Assembly: GCA_031416575.1 (NCBI GenBank)
Contig: JANOTW010000056.1
Span: 1-43,037, forward strand
Direction: 5' to 3'
Source of the DNA: Ferruginibacter sp.
GTDB taxonomy: Bacteria > Bacteroidota > Bacteroidia > Chitinophagales > Chitinophagaceae
DNA: 43,037 bases
Below, one piece after another: positions 27,734 through 37,761 of this stretch. Numbering within the stretch: the first letter of the stretch is position 1; every line of letters starts with the position of its first letter. Made by a program: the position numbers and the translations under genes. The notes below the pieces were generated by a model. It ran no database searches, was not told the DNA's origin, and saw only the letters and a program-made list of their open reading frames with translations.

Positions 27734-27951
27734 TATACTTCGCAACGGATAAAAAAGTGAATAAATTTTTTTGTCCAGGGTGTGAAGCAATGGGCAGCAT
27801 CGTTGCATCGCCCTCTTGTACCGCATACCAATTGGGATCTTTAATTGCGTTTTAAATTAACAATTATCACCCCTTCAGGGGATGGGGGTAGGTTATTTTT
27901 TTTGGTTATCGAACAAAATAAAATTCACTAATTTACCCGTTGTGCAGTATA
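27734..27951 (+). mobile_element. Full-length element A (MITE-like), copy 8
   Basis: Left end TATACTTCGCAACGGATAAAAAAGTGAAT, right end ATTCACTAATTTACCCGTTGTGCAGTATA, core at 27766-27860. Confidence 0.8.
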
Positions 27952-28004
27952 AGTACCAATGAAGGGCAATCATTTTTCTGTTCAAATCAAATCGCATTAA
28001 GGTT

Positions 28005-30089
28005 ATGCTAAATAAGCTCACCAATCGTTTAATAAATGAAACCAGCCCCTACCTGCTGCAACATGCCCACAATCCGGTTGACTGGTTCGCCTGGGGCGAA
28101 GAGGCGCTTTCAAAAGCAAAAGCGGAAAACAAAGTAATATTGGTGAGCATCGGGTATTCAGCCTGTCATTGGTGCCATGTAATGGAAAAGGAAAGTTTTG
28201 AGAATGAATCCGTGGCACAGGTAATGAATGAGCATTTCGTAAATATAAAAATAGACCGGGAAGAGCGTCCTGACCTTGATCATATTTATATGGATGCCAT
28301 ACAGGCAATTACCGGAAGTGGTGGTTGGCCACTCAATGTTTTTTTAACACCAGATGCAAAACCCTTTTTTGGCGGTACTTATTTTCCCCCGGTAAAAGCA
28401 TTTAACAGGTCATCCTGGACGGAAGTTTTACATGGTATATCGCAATCATGGAGGGAAAGAAAAAATGAAATTGAATCACAGGCGGAAAACTTAACGGATC
28501 ACCTTCAAAAATCCAACAGTTTTGCGGAAACGAAAAATTATATTTCTACCAATAGCGGTGATAATGTAATTACAATTGAACATTGTGATTCGATGTTTTC
28601 CGCTATAATGAAGTCGGCGGATACACAATGGGGTGGTTTTGGAAAAGCCCCCAAATTTCCACAAACGTTTACCATTCAATACTTGTTACAGTATCATTAT
28701 TTTACCGGTAACAAAGAGGCTTTGCAGCAGGCATTGCTATCCATTGATAAAATGTTGATGGGTGGTATTTACGACCATATTGGAGGTGGCCTGGCGAGGT
28801 ACAGCACGGATAATGAATGGCTGGCACCTCATTTTGAAAAAATGCTTTACGACAATGCCTTGCTCATAAATATTTTGTGCGATGCATACCAGCTTACTTC
28901 GGAAAAAAAATATGAAGATGCTATCCGAAAAACGATCTTGTTTATAACACACGAACTATTAAGTAACGAAGGAGGATTTTATGCGTCATTAGATGCGGAT
29001 AGCGAAGGAGAAGAAGGTAAATATTATGTTTGGCAAAAAGAAGAAGTTGACAGGATATTAGGGGAAGGTTCGGAATTGTTTTGTAAATTTTTTGATATAA
29101 CCGTACCGGGAAACTGGGATGAAAAAAACATACTCCGAATACTAAAGCCTATAGATGATTTTGTAAAAGAATGGAGCCTGGATAAGGGTCAGTTGCTGCT
29201 AACAATACAACAATGCCTGCAAAAGTTATCCTTACAAAGAGACGCCAGGATAAAGCCTTCCCTGGATGATAAAATAATTTTGGGATGGAACGCATTAATG
29301 TTAAATTCTGTTGCCAAAGCGGCTATCGTATTACAGGATGAGTTATACCGGAATTTGGCTGAAACAAATTTTAATTTTTTGCAAGGAAATTTCAAAAAAG
29401 ATAATTCATCTCCCGGCCTGTTGCATACTTACAAAAATGGCACTGCCAAATATCCCGCTTTCTTAGATGATTATGCTTACCTGGTAGCTGCATGTATTCA
29501 GCTTTACAAGACGACTTTTAATGACAGCTACCTGCAAAACGCTTATGAATATTGTACTTATGTAATTGATAATTTCAGTGATGAAGACTCCATATTTTTC
29601 TTTTTTACTCACCAGGAGCAAAAAGATGTTATAGTTAGAAAAAAAGAAATCTATGATGGGGCCACTCCATCTGGCAATGCGGTAATGGCTGAGAATTTAT
29701 ACCAGTTATCTATTATTTTTGATAATACGGATTGGCGCAACCGGGTAGATAAAATGATGGAAATACTTTCACCAACTATAATAAAATACCCCTCATCTTT
29801 TGGTATCTGGGCTTCCTTGTTACTTCAACGTCTAACCGGAATAAACGAAATCGCAGTGATAGGAACTGATTTTGTAACCGTATCAAATAATATATTGTTA
29901 AATTTCATTCCTAATATGGTTATAATGTCGTCTGCAACGGAAAATAAAGTATTTCCATTATTGGCAAATAAGCCCCACAACACGTCCACACTGGTTTATC
30001 TATGTAAAAATTACGCCTGTTTAACACCCTTTTTACATTCAGATTCATTAATGCGGGAAATTGATAAAACAAATAAAATATCAAGATAA
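28005..30089 (+). CDS. Thioredoxin domain-containing protein (DUF255/YyaL/SSP411 family)
   Basis: [25 protein letters not shown] and [11 protein letters not shown]. Confidence 0.93.
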   Translation: MLNKLTNRLINETSPYLLQHAHNPVDWFAWGEEALSKAKAENKVILVSIGYSACHWCHVMEKESFENESVAQVMNEHFVNIKIDREERPDLDHIYMDAIQAITGSGGWPLNVFLTPDAKPFFGGTYFPPVKAFNRSSWTEVLHGISQSWRERKNEIESQAENLTDHLQKSNSFAETKNYISTNSGDNVITIEHCDSMFSAIMKSADTQWGGFGKAPKFPQTFTIQYLLQYHYFTGNKEALQQALLSIDKMLMGGIYDHIGGGLARYSTDNEWLAPHFEKMLYDNALLINILCDAYQLTSEKKYEDAIRKTILFITHELLSNEGGFYASLDADSEGEEGKYYVWQKEEVDRILGEGSELFCKFFDITVPGNWDEKNILRILKPIDDFVKEWSLDKGQLLLTIQQCLQKLSLQRDARIKPSLDDKIILGWNALMLNSVAKAAIVLQDELYRNLAETNFNFLQGNFKKDNSSPGLLHTYKNGTAKYPAFLDDYAYLVAACIQLYKTTFNDSYLQNAYEYCTYVIDNFSDEDSIFFFFTHQEQKDVIVRKKEIYDGATPSGNAVMAENLYQLSIIFDNTDWRNRVDKMMEILSPTIIKYPSSFGIWASLLLQRLTGINEIAVIGTDFVTVSNNILLNFIPNMVIMSSATENKVFPLLANKPHNTSTLVYLCKNYACLTPFLHSDSLMREIDKTNKISR

Positions 30090-30229
30090 AAGCACAATAT
30101 TTGGAATTCTTATTCGTTTCTAAATCATATGCTGTTAATTCAATACAAAAAATAATAGCGCAAAAAGCAACTTGATGAGCATAATTCAAAATAAACATTA
30201 CATTTGCCATTACCCTCAAAGTTAAAACA

Positions 30230-31522
30230 ATGAAGAACGGTCCATTAACAATTATAGCTGTTATTGCTATTGCGTCTCTGTCTGGCTGTAAAATGTTAGG
30301 CAAAAATAAAAAAGGTAAAGACTTACCTAACGATGGACAGTTGTACGGGGTTGCACCTGCTAAAAGCTGGACTCTTCCAAAGCCTCCGGGTATGATTTAC
30401 ATTCCACCTGGTACATTCCACATGGGACCAAGTGATGAGGATGTAAACTATGCTTATACTGCACGTAATAAGCAGGTTTCCATCAGCGGTTTTTGGATGG
30501 ATGCTACTGAAATTACCAATAATGAATTTCGTCAGTTTACTGATTGGGTCAGGGATTCAATCGCCGCCAAACAAATGGGCTTCATTAAACAAGGAGCGGA
30601 TGGTAACGAATATATAGATTGGAAAAAGGCAAAGACCATTAAATGGGGTGATAAGGCCACACTGGAAAAGATTGACGCTATGATCCTAACTCCTGATAAC
30701 CGCATTTTCAATAAAAAGGAACTTGATCCAATGAAACTGATTTATCATTCTGAAACTTTTGATTACAAAGAGGCAGCTAAAAGAGAGAATGCAGGCGTAC
30801 AACGTTCAAAATTCATTATAAAGAAAGACATCCCGATTTATCCTGATTCACTATGTTGGGTAAGGGATTTCGCTTATGCTTACAATGAGCCAATGGCCAA
30901 AAAATATTACAGTCATCCTGCATTTGGTAACTATCCGGTTGTGGGCGTTTCATGGAAACAGGCTACTGCTTTCTGCGAATGGCGTACACAATTATTAAAT
31001 GGGTTCCTTGAATCAAAAAAGAGATCCACGGAATCTGATTTTCGCCTTCCAACCGAAGCTCAATGGGAATATGCAGCACGTGGTGGCCGGTCACAATCAC
31101 CCTATCCATGGGGCGGTCCTTATTTAAGAAACAGAAAAGGATGCCTGTTGGCTAATTTTAAACCAGGCCGTGGCAATTATCCTGAAGATGGCGGATTTTA
31201 TACAGTAAGAGCAGATGCTTACTGGCCGAATGATTTTGGTTTATACAATATGTCAGGTAATGTTGCTGAGTGGACATCATCTTTATATTATGAAGGTGGA
31301 TATAGTTTTCAACACGATATGAACCCTGACATTCGCTGGAATGCAAAGGATACTGATCCTCCCCGCATGAAGCGTAAAGTTATTCGCGGTGGAAGCTGGA
31401 AAGATGTTGGTTACTTTCTGCAAACAAGTACGCGTAATTACGAGTACCAGGATACAACAAAATCTTATATTGGCTTCCGTTGTGTAATTGATTTACCACC
31501 TGTAATGAAGAAAGGTAAATAG
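30230..31522 (+). CDS. gldK: T9SS/gliding motility lipoprotein GldK (PorK)
   Basis: Lipobox LSGC, formylglycine-generating-enzyme-like domain (RLPTEAQWEYAARGG), first gene of the KLMN operon. Confidence 0.9.
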   Translation: MKNGPLTIIAVIAIASLSGCKMLGKNKKGKDLPNDGQLYGVAPAKSWTLPKPPGMIYIPPGTFHMGPSDEDVNYAYTARNKQVSISGFWMDATEITNNEFRQFTDWVRDSIAAKQMGFIKQGADGNEYIDWKKAKTIKWGDKATLEKIDAMILTPDNRIFNKKELDPMKLIYHSETFDYKEAAKRENAGVQRSKFIIKKDIPIYPDSLCWVRDFAYAYNEPMAKKYYSHPAFGNYPVVGVSWKQATAFCEWRTQLLNGFLESKKRSTESDFRLPTEAQWEYAARGGRSQSPYPWGGPYLRNRKGCLLANFKPGRGNYPEDGGFYTVRADAYWPNDFGLYNMSGNVAEWTSSLYYEGGYSFQHDMNPDIRWNAKDTDPPRMKRKVIRGGSWKDVGYFLQTSTRNYEYQDTTKSYIGFRCVIDLPPVMKKGK

Positions 31523-31648
31523 TAAATTTCCAAAAACTAAACCATACGTATGAGAAAATACTTATAGTTAAATTATAAGCTGACAGTATAATGCGTATTA
31601 ATAATGTAAAATAAACCCCTCAATTAAAATTTTAAAATTCAAAAAACC

Positions 31649-32413
31649 ATGGCTGTAGGTAAATCTCGCCCAATCGATCGTATTCTTAACATTTTAGTAT
31701 CTGCGGCCGCTGTGCCGGTATTGTTAGGTGCACTTTTCAAAATAACACATGCCCCGGGTGCTGATACCTGGTTGAAAATTGGTTTATATGTGGAATCTGG
31801 TATATTTTTGGGGTATGCCTTATTATATGTTTTTGCTCCACCTCCTGAGCCCCACATGCCAGATGCACCACTTCCTGTAGAAACTGGTAATCCCGCATTA
31901 AAAAGTATGGACAAAATGTTACAGGAAGCTGATATTACCCCGGTTAACATGAAAAAGCTGAGTGAAGGTTTTTCTAAATTAGGTGCAACCGTTGGAGGTA
32001 TGACGGATATCGGGGATGTAGTAAAATCAACTAACGAGTTTGGTATCAAAACTAAAGAAGCAACTACGGCAATTGCAACTATGGCAGTAGCATTTAATAA
32101 TAGCGCTTCTTCCATGGGATCATTTAACAATGCATCCGAAAGCGCTAAGGGTTTTCACGAGCAGGTACAGGTGCTAACCAAAAACCTGGGTAGTTTAAAT
32201 ACTATTTACGAATTGGAATTGAAGGAAAGCAACAATCACCTGAAAGCATTAAATAGTTTTTATGGTAAAATGGCCGAAGCAAGCAATGTAATGATGAACA
32301 GTGTGGAAGATGCAAGTAAGGCTAAGGACCAAATAAGTTTATTAGCGGGTAACCTTGGTAAATTAAATTCTGTTTATGGCAACATGTTGAGTGCGATGCA
32401 GGTAAAACATTAA
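31649..32413 (+). CDS. gldL: T9SS motor subunit GldL (PorL)
   Basis: LGALFKI.H two-TM N-terminus and C-terminal LN.VYGNMLSAM. Confidence 0.92.
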   Translation: MAVGKSRPIDRILNILVSAAAVPVLLGALFKITHAPGADTWLKIGLYVESGIFLGYALLYVFAPPPEPHMPDAPLPVETGNPALKSMDKMLQEADITPVNMKKLSEGFSKLGATVGGMTDIGDVVKSTNEFGIKTKEATTAIATMAVAFNNSASSMGSFNNASESAKGFHEQVQVLTKNLGSLNTIYELELKESNNHLKALNSFYGKMAEASNVMMNSVEDASKAKDQISLLAGNLGKLNSVYGNMLSAMQVKH

Positions 32414-32530
32414 AAAAAAGGGATTTTATTAATCCAAATTAACGAAACCAGCAAAATGTATTTCGTTACGTCAGATGAATAAAGTAACCAAACAATCAAT
32501 TCATTAAAACAATCGTAAATCTGAAATACT

Positions 32531-34039
32531 ATGGCTTTACCTAAAGAGCCCCGGCAGAAGATGATCAACCTCATGTATCTTGTGTTAACAGCATTGTTAG
32601 CGCTAAATGTATCAAGTGAGATCCTGAACGCCTTTAAAGTGGTTGACATTAGTTTGCAAAACTCAAGTACCAATCTTGCTACTGCAAACAGCACCTTATA
32701 TAAATCATTGAGCGATAAACTGGCTGATGCAAAGACAGCACAAAAAGCCCAGATATGGCAACCCAAAGCTGAGCAGGCGAAAAAGTTGTCTGATGATATG
32801 ACTAATTATATTGAAGGCCTTAAAAAAGAACTGAAAACAACAGCCGGCCTCGAAATGGTGGAAGGTAAAGAATCTTTTAAGGAAGATAACCTTGAAGCTG
32901 CTTCGCATTTATTTGGTACTCAGGGTAAAGGTAAAGAGTTGGAATCAAAACTTAAAGCATATAAAGCTGCCATGCTTGCCATAGATCCTCAAATAAATAC
33001 GAAGTTCGGGAAAACCTTGCCGGTAGATGTAGAGCCCCCTATTGGCCAGGACGGAACAAAAAAGGATTTTACAAACGCATATTTTAGTATGACCCCTACT
33101 GTAGCAGGGTTAACATTGCTCAGTAAATTTCAAAACAATATCAAGAATGCGGAAAACCAGGTCGTTACTTTTTGTCATGAGCAAATTGGGGCGGTTGTTG
33201 TAAAATTTGATAAAACTGATGTGTTGGTAGGTCAAAGTTCCAACTATGTAATGCCAGGACAAGAAGTTACTATCACTGCAGGTATTGGAGCATATAGTTC
33301 TGGGTCACAACCCCAAATTTCCATCGGTGGTTCAAGTGTACCCGTAATAGATGGTAAAGGTACCTACAAGGTCTCTGCGAGTGGGTCAGGAACTCGTAAA
33401 GTACCTGTAACAATCCGTTATCTTGACCAGGACGGTGTAGCACAAACAAAAACTGAAGATGTTGAATATGTAGTAGGTACGCCTGGTGGTGCGGCAGTAA
33501 TGCTGGATAAAATGAATGTATTTTATATAGGCGTAGATAATCCTATTACAATATCTTCTGGTTCCGGATGGGATAAAACAAATGTTTCTATGACAGGTGG
33601 AACATTAAGTGGCTCCCTTGGAAACAGGATCGTAAGAGTAACAACTCCAGGCAAAGCCTCTTTAACTGTTACTGCGGATGGAAAGACAACGCCATTTGAA
33701 TTTAGGGTAAAAGAAATTCCTAACCCCATATTTAAAGTTGGTCCTGGTGGAACAAGGATGACTTCGGGTAGTTTTAAAAGTCAGCAATATTGCCGTGCCG
33801 AATTAGAGAATTTTGATTTTGCCGCCAATTTCAGTGTTATTAGTTCAACGGTCTATTTTTCAGGTGCAAATTTTTCAAATGTTCAGACAGCACCTTTGGC
33901 CGGCAACAATTTATCACCACTTAGTGCGTTAATTCAAAGGGCCGGGCCTGGTACAAGTATTACTTTTGACAATGTTAAGGTTCAGGGACCGGATGGTAAG
34001 CAACGTACCATACAAGGTGTAGGTATAGTGTTATATTAA
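32531..34039 (+). CDS. gldM: T9SS motor subunit GldM (PorM)
   Basis: PRQKMINLMYLVLTALLALNVS and DKMNVFY.GVDNPI. Confidence 0.95.
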   Translation: MALPKEPRQKMINLMYLVLTALLALNVSSEILNAFKVVDISLQNSSTNLATANSTLYKSLSDKLADAKTAQKAQIWQPKAEQAKKLSDDMTNYIEGLKKELKTTAGLEMVEGKESFKEDNLEAASHLFGTQGKGKELESKLKAYKAAMLAIDPQINTKFGKTLPVDVEPPIGQDGTKKDFTNAYFSMTPTVAGLTLLSKFQNNIKNAENQVVTFCHEQIGAVVVKFDKTDVLVGQSSNYVMPGQEVTITAGIGAYSSGSQPQISIGGSSVPVIDGKGTYKVSASGSGTRKVPVTIRYLDQDGVAQTKTEDVEYVVGTPGGAAVMLDKMNVFYIGVDNPITISSGSGWDKTNVSMTGGTLSGSLGNRIVRVTTPGKASLTVTADGKTTPFEFRVKEIPNPIFKVGPGGTRMTSGSFKSQQYCRAELENFDFAANFSVISSTVYFSGANFSNVQTAPLAGNNLSPLSALIQRAGPGTSITFDNVKVQGPDGKQRTIQGVGIVLY

Positions 34040-34059
34040 AATTTTTAAAAAATCATGCT

Positions 34060-35097
34060 ATGATAAAGCATTCTGTAAAATTTCTCGTGTTGTTTGTTTT
34101 TATGTGTTTGTTCATTAGTTTGGTACAAGCTCAAAAGAAGCCGGTAAAAAAACGTACCGTTCAAAAACGTACTAATACTACAAAAACAACTAAGGGAAAA
34201 ACTAAGGCTAAAATAACACCCACTGCACAGATTGATTCTGTGGCCACAATGGTTGCTTCTGCATCAGCTCCAAAAGTGGATAGTTTGCCGATACCAAAAA
34301 TTAAAAAGTCGCTTCGTCCCGATGAAGCGGTAGAAACCAGGGATATTCGCGACAGGACACCATTGGCTTACGAACATATAAGAGTAGATGATGCTATTTA
34401 TCGCCATAAAATCTGGCGTGAAATAGACACCAGGGAAAAAATGAATTTACCCTTCCGTTATTCGGCGGATGAAAACAACGGTAATCAAAGGTTCATCTCC
34501 ATATTAATGAAAGCTATTCAGGATAGTGCGGTTACGGTTTTCGATGCTATTGATGACAGGTTTACCACTCCTTATACTATTAGCCAGGTTGCTGAAAAAA
34601 TTTCCGGCGGCATTGAGGTGGTTGACATTTTTGATTCTCTTGGAAATAAAACAGGCACCAGGGATGTTGTAAGAGAGGTCAACCTGGATTCGTTTTATAA
34701 ATTCAGAATAAAAGAGGAAGTAATTTTTGATAAGGAAAGTTCACGGCTTTTTTGGAGAATACTGGGCATAGCGCCATTGAAAAGGTTAATTACCTCTGCA
34801 GGTGTTGATCTGGGTGACACTGAATTGTTTTGGGTTTATTATCCGGATATGAGGCCAATATTCGCCAAATATGAAGTTTACAATGGGAAGAATTTTGGTG
34901 CGAGAATGAGTTGGGAAGAATTGTTTGAAAGCAGGATGTTCAGTGGGCGTATTATTAAGAGTACCATAGATAATCCATTTGCGCTGCCAATAAAAGACCA
35001 AAAGGGATTACAGGAAAATGGAATTTTCCAACTTTTGGAAGGCGAGCGGATTAAAGAAAAGGTGTTTAATTACGAACAGGATTTATGGAGTTACTAA
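34060..35097 (+). CDS. gldN: T9SS protein GldN (PorN)
   Basis: IWREID.REKMN.P, FDKE.S....RILGIAP, LFWVYYP and YEQDLW.Y. Confidence 0.93.
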   Translation: MIKHSVKFLVLFVFMCLFISLVQAQKKPVKKRTVQKRTNTTKTTKGKTKAKITPTAQIDSVATMVASASAPKVDSLPIPKIKKSLRPDEAVETRDIRDRTPLAYEHIRVDDAIYRHKIWREIDTREKMNLPFRYSADENNGNQRFISILMKAIQDSAVTVFDAIDDRFTTPYTISQVAEKISGGIEVVDIFDSLGNKTGTRDVVREVNLDSFYKFRIKEEVIFDKESSRLFWRILGIAPLKRLITSAGVDLGDTELFWVYYPDMRPIFAKYEVYNGKNFGARMSWEELFESRMFSGRIIKSTIDNPFALPIKDQKGLQENGIFQLLEGERIKEKVFNYEQDLWSY

Positions 35098-35120
35098 TAA
35101 AGTAATTCAAAAAAATAAGA

Positions 35121-35150
35121 AAAGCCTCCGGATAAAATCGGGGGCTTTTT
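35121..35150 (+). terminator. Rho-independent terminator after gldN
   Basis: AAAGCCTCCG-loop-CGGGGGCTTTTT. Confidence 0.75.
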
Positions 35151-35203
35151 CATTAAGGCCAATGTATAATTTCTCCAAATTCAACAAGTATTTCACCGTT
35201 TTA

Positions 35204-35633
35204 TATACTCGGAACTCCTTACCCTTCCTTATAAATTAAAGGGTTATTCGCAAATTGAAATCGCTGCCATATATTCAAAAGTACAAGAGGGCGATGCAAC
35301 GATGCTTATTCAGGGCTCAGTTGCCTGGACAAAAAAAAATAAAAAGCATGGATTTTAGTTTGCGATAAGTCAGGAGTTCTGATACTGCACAAGGGGCAAA
35401 AAAGTAATTTTTATTTTTTTATGAACCCGGCTGAAGTGCTACTATTAAGCATCGTTGTGTCATCGTAATCCCGAGTTAGATTTGTGTGCTGCATCGGAAC
35501 TCCCTTGTGCCGCATACCATTGGGGAACTTTATCCACGTTTTTATTAGCGATACATAATTGTTCTTACTCATGCCTTGTTTATTTCGTAACAGGGAATAT
35601 CTAAAGTCGCTATTTTATCCCTTGCGAAGTATA
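35204..35633 (+). mobile_element. Element A copy 10 (core 35414-35545) with its left end interrupted by element B
   Basis: Right end TTTTATCCCTTGCGAAGTATA; left end reconstructs to TATACTGCACAAGGGG when element B is removed. Confidence 0.7.
35210..35381. mobile_element. Element B (MITE-like) carrying a reversed partial A core (copy 9, 35280-35339)
   Basis: IRs CGGAACTCCT / AGGAGTTCTG flanked by direct repeat ATACT (35205-35209 and 35382-35386). Confidence 0.65.
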
Positions 35634-35704
35634 TTAAAACCTACTTTAAAAAATACCCACTTTAGGGTATAGGTAATACTGAAATTCATATCTATATTTG
35701 TCTT

Positions 35705-35765
35705 GGTTTTTCATAGGATATTGGATTTTAAAACGGGGCTGGATTTTTATCCTGGCCCTTTTTTT
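35705..35765 (+). ncRNA. Candidate ~60 nt sRNA
   Basis: TATATTTG -7 element at 35693-35700, no ORF, and a hairpin GGGCTGGAT-TTTT-ATCCTGGCCC followed by T7. Confidence 0.4.
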
Positions 35766-35779
35766 ATTACTGGCTTATC

Positions 35780-37597
35780 TTACAGTGAAATATTAGAAGC
35801 ATTAAAATAATCCTTTATTATCGTAGCTTTTGAAAGGCCAACTACTTCTGCCAGTTCTTCCACCGCTTTTTCTTTGATATTTTTAACGGATTTGAATTTT
35901 TTTAAAAGCGTATCAATGGTGGCTTTGCCGATACCTTCTATTTGCTCCAATTCATTTTTAATTGCGCCCTTACTGCGCTGGTTGCGATGAAAAGTAATAC
36001 CAAACCGATGAACCTCATCCCGTATCCTTCTGATCAATTTCAGGCTCTCACTATCCCAGGGTAATTTTTTAGACTCCTGATCGCCATGAAAAAACAACTC
36101 TTCTTCATTTTTCGCCAACCCAACCAGTGTGGTTTTACCTTCAAGATTTAATTTTTTTATGCTTTCCATCGCCGCACTTAACTGCCCTTTGCCCCCGTCA
36201 ATAATCACTAATTGCGGAAAGGGTTGTTGTTCTTCCCATAGCCGTTTATAACGGCGGTAAACTACTTCCGACATGGTTGCAAAATCATTAATGCCTTTTA
36301 CTGTTTTTACATTAAATTTTCTGTAATCATTTTTACTTGGCTGGCCGTTTCTGAAACATACCATTGCTGATACAGGATAGCTCCCCTGGAAATTGGAATT
36401 GTCAAAACATTCAATATAAGTGGGAATTTCCGCAAGCTGCAGGTCTTTTTGTAATTGTATCAATACGGCATTGATCTCACCGGAAGTTTTGTCTTCTAAC
36501 AATAACATCTTATTTTTCTTTAGCTCCTCTTTAAAATAGTTTACATTTTTTTCGGAAAGCTCCAGCAGCTTTTTCTTGTCACCAGCCTGTGGTGTAGTAA
36601 TGGTAATTTCTTTCTGCGGGTAGTCAATTGTAAAAGGTATAATAATTTCTTTTGCCTCGCTGTTGAAAGTGTCCCTTAACTGTGCAATGGCAAAGGCCAA
36701 TACTTCAGCCGCGGGTTCATCTAATTTCTTTTTTAAGGTAATGGTTTTCGTTAGTACAATGCTTCCGTTATTGACCGCTAAATAATTTACATACGCTGTA
36801 TCGCCTTCTTCTAAAATACTGAAAACATCTACAGTTCCGGTACGTTCATTTACAATGGTAGATCTGGCTTTATAAATTTGAAGATGATCCAGCTTTTTTC
36901 TAATTATTTCCGCTTTTTCAAATTCAAGCTGCTGCACATAATGCTGCATGGCTGATTTAAAATGCTGAATAACGGGAGACAGGTTTCCTTTCAACAAATT
37001 TTTTAACCGTTCTACCCCTTCATTATAATCTTCAGGAGATTGTAACCCTTCGCAAGGGCCTTTACAATTACCAAGGTGATATTCCAAACATACTTTGAAT
37101 TTCTTTTTTTCAATATTTGACCTGGAAAGATTAAGCTTGCAACTGCGTAACTGAATATTTTGTTTGATGAAGTTAAGTAACTCCCTCACTTTGCCCACTG
37201 ACGTATAGGGGCCCAGGTATTGAGACCCATCATTGATTTTTTTTCTGGTAAAAAATACCCGTGGAAAGGGCTCATTTTTAATTACGATATAAGGGTAGGT
37301 TTTATCATCTTTCAGATTGATATTAAATAATGGTTGAAAATTTTTTATTAATGAATTCTCCAATAAGAAAGCGTCCTGTTCGCTGTTTACGATGGTAAAT
37401 TCAATCTTTCGTATTCGTTGAACCAGTTCATGCGTTTTGTAATTGATATAGGTTTTTAAAAAATAGGAACTTACTCTTTTGCGTAAGTTTTTTGCTTTGC
37501 CTACATACAATAATACATTATCCACCGCATAATACTTATAAATGCCGGGTTGCAAAGGGATGGTATTTGCGATGGCAGCGAATTCCTGTTGTGTCAT
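35780..37597 (-). CDS. uvrC: Excinuclease ABC subunit C
   Basis: GIY-YVG (PGIY...YVGKAKNL), IECFDNS, IIDGGKGQL, RDEVHRF and an HhH tail. Confidence 0.97.
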   Translation of the reverse strand: MTQQEFAAIANTIPLQPGIYKYYAVDNVLLYVGKAKNLRKRVSSYFLKTYINYKTHELVQRIRKIEFTIVNSEQDAFLLENSLIKNFQPLFNINLKDDKTYPYIVIKNEPFPRVFFTRKKINDGSQYLGPYTSVGKVRELLNFIKQNIQLRSCKLNLSRSNIEKKKFKVCLEYHLGNCKGPCEGLQSPEDYNEGVERLKNLLKGNLSPVIQHFKSAMQHYVQQLEFEKAEIIRKKLDHLQIYKARSTIVNERTGTVDVFSILEEGDTAYVNYLAVNNGSIVLTKTITLKKKLDEPAAEVLAFAIAQLRDTFNSEAKEIIIPFTIDYPQKEITITTPQAGDKKKLLELSEKNVNYFKEELKKNKMLLLEDKTSGEINAVLIQLQKDLQLAEIPTYIECFDNSNFQGSYPVSAMVCFRNGQPSKNDYRKFNVKTVKGINDFATMSEVVYRRYKRLWEEQQPFPQLVIIDGGKGQLSAAMESIKKLNLEGKTTLVGLAKNEEELFFHGDQESKKLPWDSESLKLIRRIRDEVHRFGITFHRNQRSKGAIKNELEQIEGIGKATIDTLLKKFKSVKNIKEKAVEELAEVVGLSKATIIKDYFNASNISL

Positions 37598-37761
37598 TAT
37601 TTAATTAACTACGTTTCTGGTAATTGAATGACCAAAATTAATATGCCTTGTTTAATAATTTATAATCCCTTGATAGTATCGCATAAGAGATTCAGAACTC
37701 CTTTCCTGCCGCATTATTGAAGGGTGAATTCCTAATTGTAGCGTGCCGGTGTTAATGATAC

